Source of the DNA: Eledone cirrhosa
Lineage: Eukaryota
Direction: 5' to 3'
DNA length: 33,108 nt
Assembly (NCBI GenBank): GCA_964016885.1
Contig: CAXHJY010001763.1
Coordinates: 1-33,108 of the forward strand
Shown: piece by piece, positions 23,478-32,444 of the stretch
How positions within the stretch are numbered: position 1 is the stretch's first letter
Layout of the letters: the number at the start of each line of letters is the position of its first letter
Translations under genes and position numbers: made by a program
Notes under the pieces: model-generated
Seen by the model: the letters and a program-made list of their open reading frames with translations, nothing else
What the model was told of the DNA's origin: nothing
The model's database searches: none

Positions 23478-26447
23478 TATATATACATAGGAAACTGTGT
23501 GTATATAAATATTTGTGTATGTGCATGTCAAACACACACACACGCACATACAAAGGAAACTGTGCATGTGCATACATATTTGTGTATATGCTTTTTTTCA
23601 TATATATACACATACACATTTACACACTCACACACGTGGGAAACTGTGCATGTGCTTGTCAACATCTGTTACGCATCTGAATTGAATTTTTAATTTGATA
23701 TGTTTAATTTAAACAAACCAATTATAAAAATAGTAACAGATTAATTGAACTTTCCAGAAATAGCAGTCAAATCCCCTTCAAATCTCTCTCTACAGTTTGA
23801 GTTATTAAGTACACCTTTTTAAATCTACTCAGAGATAACAAGGGTTATACAGCAACAATCTCAACAAAAGTACCAGAAAAAAACCTTATGAGAGAGCCTG
23901 GAGCCAATGAGTGAAACCTATGCTTATATTGAGCCAACAAGAACAGCTGCAACAAGAACAACAGCTGCAACAAGAACAACAGCTGTAACAAGAACAACAG
24001 CTGTAACAAGAACAACAAAACAAGCACAGAAAATGTTAACTCACGGAATCTGTTTATGTTCCAAAACTAGTCTGGTCCTTTGAGCATATGGACAGAATCT
24101 CATACTGTACAGTCGTAAGGTACCTGGCTCTTGTTTGGGACATTGGCTACCTAAAAGGAAGTTAAACAAAATGAAAGAGAATATATATGTATATAAACAA
24201 AAAAATAAGAAAAAAATTGGCCATAGACTCAGTACAGTGTAGTATACCACACTGTAGTGTGTACTTATTGCTAAATGAACTGGACTATTGGGGGTTACAT
24301 ATCTTGACCATGGAGAGAAGAGAGTGACTCATACTAAACTGTCGTATCTACTTACAACCAGGTGTCTAATCCCACTACACTTGTCATACTTATCACCCTG
24401 TTTACCATCTACTTTGTTCTAGCCTCTACTCCTGTAGGGTAGAGAGGGCTCTTCAGTTGAGTTAGTGACCTACAACCTCTCTAGAGCTGGTGCCACGATA
24501 AACAGCACCCACTCCAAATTGTAGGGTGAGAGTGTTGGTAGCAGGAAAAAAGTGCCCAGTCCACTTTGTCGGATGGTTGTGGTAGTACCATGAGGAAACA
24601 AATCCCATATATGCCGTGAAGTGGTTGGCATTAGGAAGGGCATTGAGCTGTAGAAGCCATGCCAAAAATGGAATGTATGACCAAGATAGTCAACTGAGTA
24701 GCCTACTTTGCCACTGAACATGACAACCTGTCTAAACCATATGAGCATGAAAAATAAACGTAAAACGATGACGATAGCGATTACATATATATTTATATAT
24801 ATATATGCAGAGGTTATATTTAATTTGTTGGGATTCAACAAGCTTAAAAATTTAATAACTGATATAAAACACTCAACAGGGTTGAGTAAATATTCAATAT
24901 ATTAATAAATGGAAACTATATTTATAAAACGATAATTATTTTATTATATATATTTCAAGGGCAACCAAGGCAAATTATGGTGCGCTTTCATCAGATAAAA
25001 TACAGATTTGTTTTATAAATAAATATTGACATACCTAGAAAAAAGACAACGTTAACGGTTGAAGACTATCTAGTGAACTTCAACCGTTAAGGTTGTCTTT
25101 TTTCCGGGTATGTCAATATTTATTTATAAATATAGTTTCCATTTATTAATATATTGTATATATATATATATATATAGGTTTATGTTTGTGCATAGAACAA
25201 TGAAAAAAAGTCAGATGTAGGTAGTTAGTTAGTTCATTGCTTTACGATCGTTTCAGAGGCTCGATTCATCTTTGGAGATCAATGTATCAACTAAAATGGT
25301 AGTGGTTAAGCTACTACCTATTTCTGGTCTTGAAATCCATGTTCAACTGGTCGTTTTCTTCAGAAACATTGAATATACAGGCTTATATATTAGATATGTG
25401 TTTAATTATATACACATTGGTGTAGTCTTGGTTACCCACTCTATACAGATATAACTTTATATGTGTGTCATCATCATCATCATCTTCGTTTAACGTCCAT
25501 CTTCCACGCTAGCATGAGTTAGTCGTGTATGTATGTATATACAGGGGCATCTCACTGATCTCACTTGTGGCAAAGACCCTCAACAGGATAATTATTAACC
25601 AGATCCAGCCTGAGATGGAGAAGAAGCTTGGACAACCAGAATGGTGTCACAGTTTGAGGTTGGTATGGAAGTCAGACATTCATAAAAACCTGAAGATATG
25701 TCTCTCGCTACAGTGGTTTCTGTGCTGATACTTGGACACTGACCAAGAGACTCACTTAGATGGTGGATGGGTGATACACGAGGATGTTGAGGATGGGCCT
25801 GAACATTAATCAGTATACACTGATGATGAAGAACTCAGAGCTGTACGGGAGTCTTCCAAAAGTCAGCTTGAAAGTGACACAGAGGAGATTGAGGTTAGTT
25901 GGACATGCTCCATGCTCCACAACATTCAGAGTTGACACTTCACTTAATAGTCCTGTGGGAGCCCCTACATGGACACACTGGAAGATGGAAACTGAGACAT
26001 ATATTGATGCCCTAAAGACAGACTGGTTTCTGAGAGACATGTGACATAGCGGTGACGATGAAGGACAGAGATCGATGGCAAGAACTCGTCCATGGATCTC
26101 GGGAATTTTACCCGTCCTGTATATATATATATATATATATACACAGTTGACCCCAGAATTCGAGGGGTCACGTTTCTAGAGCACCCGCGAATATTGGACG
26201 TGGTCCATAAAAATGCCTATAAACGTCAAAACATAACGTAAAACATAAGCCGGCAAATGCCGTATATTGTTATTAATAATTAAGCATTAAAAAACGTGAA
26301 AAAAAAAATTAATACGAAAAAAGCCATGAAAAATTTGCGGAAGATATTTACGATTCCGCGAATATGCGGCGGTTTCCACGAACAATTATTAGTTAGGTTC
26401 TAAGGAAAATCTCGCGAATAACCGGGACTGCGAATGTATGGTGTACA

Positions 26448-26483
<36 letters not shown>

Positions 26484-27923
26484 CTTGGGGAGGGTCATAT
26501 TTGTGTAATAATATTGCCAGAATTAATAACAGAACACACTCACTGTTTGGTTGGTTTTCGCTTCTGTGTCTTTTATATCAGTTAATTTAATTTATTCGGT
26601 CCTCAATGTTACCATTGACTGACCAACGGTCAAAAATACAGATACAATATAGACACAAACACATATATATAGTCTAACAAAGTATGCCTAGGCATACAAT
26701 GCAAGGGGAGGAAACATAATAGCACCACTGACGATGTTGCAGATGTGCAACGAAAGAACTTTGTTAGATTATATATTATGTTTGTGACGATATTGTATCT
26801 GTATTTTTGACCGTTGGTCAGTCAATGGTAACATTGAGGATCGAATAAATTAAATTAACCGATATAAAAGACACAGAAGCTAAAACCAACCAAACAGTGA
26901 GTGTGTTCTGTTATTAATTCTAGCAATATTATTACACAAATATGACCCTCCCCAAGTATAACAATATTTGTTTCGACACACGATTTCATATAAAAAACCT
27001 CGCAATATATATATATATATATATATATATAGATGTATTTATTTATATTTATAATCACAGTTGTCATATCAACAGCAACCCTCTAATTATTCAAGTAAGC
27101 ATGATATGTCGTTATTATCATTGTCATATGGCTCGTAAATTCTAACGACAACATAACATCTATTACGGGAACCTCTAAACTGTCACTCAATCTGTTAAAA
27201 ATAACAGCTAAACCTTCCCCCAAACACTCCTTGTCGTTATAAATACGGAGAGAACATATCAGATAATTGCGATCGTGATCAGTAGAACTTTGTATCAGAG
27301 GGAACCATTATGAACGACACCGCTCTCACATAACCGGTGTTTGCTTACGAATGCACGCATATACATATATGTCCATACGTGTGTGTGTATCTTTTTTTCT
27401 TTGCTACCTTGCTCCTCCCGTGTGTGTGTGTATACATATTTATAAATGTTAAATATTATCATATATATATATGTATGTGTGTGTGTACATTTTACGTATA
27501 TATAGAAGTACTTATACATGCCTGTATATATATTTATTAAAATAACAGATTAAAGTTTAAGCAAAGAATCGCTGCTTTCACCCTTAACGGGATCTTCTGT
27601 TTCAGAAGATCCCGTTAAGGGTGAAAGCAGCGATTCTTTGCTTAAACTTTAATGTTATTTTAATAAATATTTGCTCTACGGTTCTTACATATTCGATATA
27701 TATTTGTCCTATTTGATATAAATTTATCATTATTACTATATATATATATATATATATAACAAAGGAAGTGTGGTAAGATACCAGGTGGACCATAACGTAC
27801 CAGAGTACTCGATACTTTTGGTAGTAGAGTGGGTAATATGAAAAGAGTCAGGACCCCAACGGTTGAGCTCCGGCCGTTTCGACAGCTAGATCTGAACTCA
27901 GCCGTCGGGGTCCTGACTATTTT

Positions 27924-27967
<44 letters not shown>

Positions 27968-28083
27968 GTGTGTGAGTGTGTAAAAGGTAAACAGAAATAA
28001 CAACACAGTTGGTGTGGGTTGTGTGCATGTATGTACGCATGTATTTCAACCCTACCATTTGCATAAGCCAGCTGGGTCACCAT
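16240..28083 (-). CDS. GSTO1: Glutathione S-transferase omega (5 coding exons: 28083-28056, 24150-24045, 19286-19067, 17600-17468, 16502-16240; 249 aa)
   Basis: Exons join with GT-AG sites and consistent phases (1,2,0,1) into 750 nt: [71 protein letters not shown]...[11 protein letters not shown]...[20 protein letters not shown]...[13 protein letters not shown]. Motifs [34 protein letters not shown] and DY.GL are diagnostic of omega-class GSTs. The symbol means GSTO1-like; orthology was not tested. Confidence 0.93.
16613..16892 (+). mobile_element. tRNA-derived SINE, family B (GSTO intron 4)
   Basis: A-box tggcctagtgg, B-box gattcgattcc, then gtgttcttgagcaaaacacttcatttcacattgctccagtatactcagctg. 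Confidence 0.8.
17468..17600 (-). CDS. GSTO1: GSTO exon 4
   Basis: ttgcag|ATG ATA AAA...TTC TTT GGA G|gtgaga; encodes [44 protein letters not shown]. Confidence 0.9.
17631..18030 (-). mobile_element. (GAT)n-tailed SINE-like element with ~5 units of the 48-bp minisatellite
   Basis: (CAT)n, ggctggatgcctttcataacacc, then repeats of gaccactttacagtgtgggctgggtgctttttg. Confidence 0.8.
18812..19034 (+). mobile_element. piggyBac-type MITE (223 bp), GSTO intron 3
   Basis: TTAA|ccctttagcattta ... taaatgctaaagga|TTAA. Confidence 0.85.
19067..19286 (-). CDS. GSTO1: GSTO exon 3
   Basis: ttgcag|G CAT GAA ACA...GAT AGG|gtaagt; encodes [49 protein letters not shown]...MDR. Confidence 0.95.
19710..20040 (+). 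pseudogene. RTE-type LINE 3' fragment (a reverse copy lies at ~23200-23415)
   Basis: [28 protein letters not shown], followed by frameshifted RPRGRP...WLDNI. Confidence 0.75.
20398..21237. repeat. Compound (TA)n/(CA)n microsatellite with recurring tacaggcacac spacer
   Basis: Directly visible; it is the source of many YI/HT-rich ORFs. Confidence 0.9.
21365..22240 (+). mobile_element. piggyBac-type MITE expanded by an internal 60-bp tandem array
   Basis: TTAA|ccctttggcattta ... taaatgctaaaggg|TTAA. Confidence 0.88.
21373..22149 (+). repeat. 60-bp tandem repeat (11 identical units 21421-22080 plus variant flanking units)
   Basis: Unit aacatttacattactctatatttactattatatgttcacagtaaaggctttaccttacat. 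Confidence 0.97.
23935..24017 (+). repeat. 18-bp tandem repeat (caacaagaacaacagctg) x ~4.5 in GSTO intron 2
   Basis: Directly visible ~27 nt from the exon 2 donor. Confidence 0.85.
24045..24150 (-). CDS. GSTO1: GSTO exon 2 (contains active-site CPYA)
   Basis: ttttag|GT AGC CAA...CAG ATT CC|gtgagt; encodes [34 protein letters not shown]. Confidence 0.95.
24937..25002 (-). ncRNA. Type I hammerhead ribozyme motif (homolog of 421-486)
   Basis: Minus strand: tattttat CTGATGA aagcgcacca...tggttgccctt GAAA TATATA TA ataaaata. It lies within a (TA)n-flanked fold-back insert ~24807-25156. Confidence 0.85.
25233..25373 (-). ncRNA. Type I hammerhead motif with ~102-nt helix II domain
   Basis: Minus strand: ttcaatgttt CTGAAGA [102 nt] GAAA CGATCG TA aagcaatgaa. 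Helix I pairs 9/10 and helix III is palindromic. Confidence 0.7.
25538..26115 (+). pseudogene. Internally deleted RTE/RTEX-like LINE fragment
   Basis: [24 protein letters not shown] and RMLRMGLNI...[23 protein letters not shown]. Confidence 0.75.
26144..26450. mobile_element. pogo/Tigger-like MITE
   Basis: cagttgacccc...cgcgaata...gtgtacactg|TA; reverse-complement homolog at 28887-29206. Confidence 0.7.
26479..27004. mobile_element. (TA)n-flanked fold-back insert (arms 26479-26683 / 26758-26961, 43-nt tail), PLE-like
   Basis: ~205-bp imperfect inverted arms with a hammerhead core in the spacer. Confidence 0.8.
26720..26766 (+). ncRNA. Minimal type I hammerhead motif
   Basis: tagcacca CTGACGA t GTTGCA gatg TGCAAC GAAA gaac TT tgtta. 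Helix II is a perfect 6 bp; helix I is weak. Confidence 0.65.
27529..27740. mobile_element. Second copy of the 5767-5990 palindromic element
   Basis: Near-identical arms with a different centre (gatcttctg ttt cagaagatc). Confidence 0.85.
27758..27926 (-). mobile_element. (TA)n-flanked fold-back insert; non-inverted homolog at ~30702-30841 (+)
   Basis: Arms gaaaagagtcaggaccccaacggttgagctc / gaactcagccgtcggggtcctgactattttc, with an ACTC...GAGT hairpin at 27807-27830. Confidence 0.75.
28056..28083 (-). CDS. GSTO1: GSTO exon 1 ([10 protein letters not shown]); in-frame upstream ATG at 28173 would add 30 aa
   Basis: ATG GTG ACC CAG CTG GCT TAT GCA AAT G|gtaggg. Phase 1 matches the exon 2 start, and the peptide resembles GSTO N-termini. 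Confidence 0.78.
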
Positions 28084-28361
28084 ATTTGAGTATGTTGACA
28101 ACTTGTGTAGAACTTCCTTGTTATCAAACTGCAGGATTGACTTAAAACCAGTTCGATGTAGCAGCGCTAACATATCTTCACTGCACCACGACACTAACAA
28201 AAACGTTTTTTTTTTCCCTTTGTTTTCGAACACTTCACATCACCCACATATCTCGGTTACTTTAGAATTTTGTTCCAATGGAGTGGCTGAACTGGTCGTA
28301 ACAGTATATCGTTCTTGCTCTGTGGAATCTCGTACTATCTTTGACACCGGTACGAAACTAT

Positions 28362-28541
28362 GACCTTTAACAACAGTCAGCGCCGCCACATGTAAACAAG
28401 ACAGACCAAGGGAGGTTACTCTAAACGACTTAAACTAATCGAACGAGACCTTTAACATCTGTCGGCGCCGCCGTCGTCGCCGCCATATGTAAACAAGAGA
28501 CAAAGGGAGGTCACTCTAAACGACTTAAACTTGTCGAACGA
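28362..28541 (-). promoter_or_regulatory. Tandemly duplicated putative GSTO promoter module (28362-28446 / 28447-28541)
   Basis: CpG-containing direct repeat ~190-370 nt upstream of the first in-frame ATG. Each unit has TTGTTTAC (minus strand; FoxO-type), GCCGCCA (YY1-like) and AGGGAGGT(T/C)ACTCT. Confidence 0.55.
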
Positions 28542-28562
28542 GAAGTACAATATCATTAAAAA

Positions 28563-29270
28563 TGGTGGATTGGCAGTATTATTAGACGGTGGATTGGCAG
28601 TATCGGTAGAGGGTCGACGCCATGCTTTGCAGCAAAGAGTTACGGCCCTTTATGATCTGAGTTCAAATACCGCCAGAGTTAACTTTCATCCTTACGGGGG
28701 TCGATAAAATAAAGTACCAGTAATACACTGAGATAATTGCTGGCCTTGTGCCAAAAGTAGAAACAATTATTAGAGCATCGGACAACATACTTCGCGGCAT
28801 AGTGTTACGGCCCTTTAAGTTCTGAGTTCAGATCTCGTCGAGGTTAGCTTTGCCTTTCGTCCTTACGGGGTCGATAAAATAAAATACAGTGTACCCCTGA
28901 CATTCGCTGTCTCGATTATTCGCGGAATTTTCCTTTGAATCTTCGCGGAATCGTAAATAACTTCCGCGATTTTTTTTATTGCGTTTTCCGAGGCAATATG
29001 TACATATATTTAGCGCTAAATTATTAATAACAATATATCGTATTTGCCGGCCTATTAGACGACATTTCGCATAAGACGTTCCCTCTTATTTTATTATATT
29101 TTACGTGATATTTTGACGTTTGTAGGCCTTTTTATGGGCCACGTCCAATATTCGCGGTTTTTCACCCTTCGCAAGTGCTCTAGGAACGTAACCCAGGGGA
29201 CAACTGTACCAGTAACGCACGGGGGTCGATTTAATGGAGTTGTCCTTATGCCGAAATCAGAAACTACTAA
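28563..29270 (+). mobile_element. Two tandem family A SINEs; the second is split by a Tigger-like MITE
   Basis: Two gagttca...ctttc(a/g)tccttacgggggtcgataaaataaa cores. The second continues TA-ccagtaacgcacgggggtcgat after 29206. Confidence 0.78.
28887..29206. mobile_element. pogo/Tigger-like MITE inserted at the TA of a SINE
   Basis: TA|cagtgtacccc...ttcgcgg...ggggacaactg|TA. Confidence 0.78.
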
Positions 29271-29626
29271 ATACATCAGTGGCGTTGGACTGACAAAATC
29301 ACCAGTGAATTGTTTATTTAAAAATCAATCGGATAGACTTGTTTTTTTTTTTTGTAAGCAGATTTAAGTCTCTCATTGATAATGGGTTTTTAAACTCGAA
29401 AATATTTGGTATCGTTAAATTTGCTAAGGTAAGATTCTTTTGTTATCTTGGCAATTTAACATTCTGCATATGCACTGTTTTGGTTTTCAAAATTTAAATT
29501 AGTGTTTCATATATATATTTATATATATGTGAATATAGACATAGAATATTCGAAAATATTCTGTATGTTTATAATAAACATTTTGAAGACCTAATCGCTA
29601 TAGAATAGAATACGTCACGTATTACA

Positions 29627-29671
<45 letters not shown>

Positions 29672-30302
29672 CCATATATCTTTAGATATTATATGTATGT
29701 ATGTATACAAATATATTGAAGCTAAATTTTAAATATATTCCATCTCCTCCCCAGACATAGAGTATCTAGGAATATATAATAAAATGTGTTCTTCGTTTAA
29801 AATTTTATAATAAGAGGGAAATTTGGCTACTACTTCGAGCAGGTCAAATGACTGCTGTATTTAGTAAAACTCTTATTAAATTACCACAAAAACAAGAAGA
29901 AAAAACAAAACGTACCATAATTAGAGACAGGGTGTAATAATTTATCCTCAGACCAGCAACCCAGGGTGCCGCGTTGTGGGATTGAATCCGAAACAACGGA
30001 GCTGTAAAACGAAATTCTTGACCACACCGCAAACATTTCTCATTCGACAATTAAAAGGAGAAACAATTTAAGTATCTTAGAGTTGCCTCCCCTACACTGT
30101 AAAGCGTTTTCAACCCACCCTCATCCCTACAACGTCAAACGAGCTTCTATGTGCTGCACAATTTACACAGTTTATTTTCAGTAAACTAATAACTAGAGAA
30201 TGTCAGTCGAATTGGTGGCGTTCATACATTTCCAGGGACATAAAAGAAGGCTAACAACTCAAGCAACGAATAAAAAGTCAATGTCTGACTTGATTTACCG
30301 GG

Positions 30303-30307
<5 letters not shown>

Positions 30308-30342
<35 letters not shown>

Positions 30343-30412
30343 ACATACGCAAGATTATGTATGTTAAAATATAGTTATCCATATCTATGTTTTTACGTGT
30401 ATGCACACACGC

Positions 30413-30450
<38 letters not shown>

Positions 30451-30451
30451 G

Positions 30452-30535
<84 letters not shown>
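30308..30535. repeat. (GT)n and long (CA)n microsatellites
   Basis: Directly visible. Confidence 0.95.
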
Positions 30536-30537
<2 letters not shown>

Positions 30538-30894
30538 ATTACAACAATGACATAAACAGGTACTTAAGTTTCGTTGGGTTCTGGACCTCAACTCATCAAC
30601 TCATTCAGGCTGAATGTAACTATTTATACTAAACTCGTCCTATGAATTGAGTGCTCTTACCCTTGGATATTTTAACCGAACTTTTACTACAGTATATATA
30701 TAGTTTAGATCTAGCTGTCGGAACGACCGGAGTTCAGCCGTCGGGTCCTGACTCTTTTCCTATTACCCACTCTACTACCCGAAGTATTGAGTACTCTGGT
30801 GCGTTATGGTCCATCTAGTAACTTATCACACCCTCTTTGTTATATATATATATATGACAGTCGATCAACTTTCGTCAAATCGTTTCCGTTGGTC

Positions 30895-31050
30895 TTTCCA
30901 GTTGCTAATACTATCTATCGGTCACAACTCCAGGTAGAAGGAGCAACGTGAAATAAAGTGTCTTGCTTAAGGACATAACGCATCGCCCGGTCCAGGAATC
31001 GAACTCACAGCCTCAAGATTGTGCATCCAATTCTCTAACCACCTCAGCCA
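30895..31050 (-). mobile_element. tRNA-derived SINE, family B
   Basis: ggagcaacgtgaaataaagtgtcttgcttaaggaca...ggaatcgaactc...ctaaccacctcagcca is the reverse complement of the family B head and core. Confidence 0.75.
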
Positions 31051-31539
31051 CATACACACACACACACACACACATACATATATGCGTGTGTTTAATGGTA
31101 GCTATGGTGCTTCCATAGGCGGTATGCCAGTTGAGCATTCTATGTTCTTGCAGAGTGTAAATAATATAAACAAACGTATTGGTGTGTGTGTGGGTGGGTG
31201 TAGGAGAGGGAGTGTGTGTGTGTGTCTACACATGTGTGCGTACATATGTGTATGCATGTAGGTGTATGTGTCTGCGTGTATGTGTATTTATATGTGTGTG
31301 TGTATCTGTGGGTATATACTCGCGAGTGTGAGCGGACGTGTGAGATACCAAACCCAGCATGACTCCATTGAAGTGTGTCGGACGAAGAGTGGCTGATGAC
31401 CAGTGTGGCAGCAAATAGTGACCAGAATTTATGATGACGTATAAAAACAACAGCCAATGGCAAGACAAGAGTGGAAGATGTTTTTTTGAAGGTGTTTTTT
31501 GAAGCTAAAACCCTAGTGAGAAAATTTTGCTCCGAAAGC

Positions 31540-31639
31540 ATTGCATGTGTCCGAAGAACCTGCAGTTATAGAATCAGGCAGATCCATACAATGATCATGT
31601 CTCGAGCTATCTGCCGGCGAAACAATTGTAACACGCAAT
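31540..31639 (+). ncRNA. Type I hammerhead-like motif (U4->C) with long helix II
   Basis: attgcatgtgt CCGAAGA [61 nt incl. ggcagat...atctgcc] GAAA CAATTG TA acacgcaat. Confidence 0.6.
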
Positions 31640-32028
31640 AAACTGAGTCTAGATGCATCACTGATTTTTCGTTTGTTTATATTATATATATATTTATATA
31701 TATACACATACACACAGGCATTACAGTTCCACCTGTGTAGATATAATCAATATATAACCAGAAGCTGGTCATGGTTGAGTTATTAGATTTTTGACTATTC
31801 CAACTTTGTCAGGTAATCAGAAGAGCTACAAGTTTCGTACCTGCCGATATGTCTTCCCTTCAAAAGCAGCTTATATTAATGTTAACATATTAACATATTT
31901 AAAAGAAATCCCGGACCGATAAATATCTTAGACTCTGAGAAAAGAACAAAAACAAATTTTCTTTTGGTTATTTAATCTGTTGTTTATGTATGTATGTATA
32001 TAATACTCTCAAATGTGTGTATATATGC

Positions 32029-32077
<49 letters not shown>

Positions 32078-32444
32078 GGTATATACCCCCCACCCCACCC
32101 CACACACAATATATATATATATAGACACCCTCATATGTATTTATGTATATGAACGAGCGAGATCTCTACGTAAATGGTAGCTAGACTTGTTAGCAGCCAA
32201 TTACTCATCAGATCATGTCATTTTGTCTCATATTACTGTGATACAAAACCCGAGTATCGCCGTTTAGCTTTGTTAGCGTTATATATGTAAGGTCACCATG
32301 AGAGATCACCAGAAAATATAGTTGGTCGTCACGAGAATTTATCACGAGATTTCTAACATTCATGCTTATATCTCCAAGAATATCGTACTATATGGAGGTG
32401 TACGAACATAGGAAAGCATATGTCATACGTTTATGTAAAATTGT

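Noticed and set aside
29270-29434. Plus-strand AG|GTAAGA donor suggesting a divergent non-coding exon
   Set aside because: A single splice-like motif with no downstream exon identifiable in the window.
29844-30050. MSNEKCLRCG as GSTO exon 1
   Set aside because: It starts at TTG, has a poor donor and overlaps a tRNA-like SINE head; 28083-28056 fits better.
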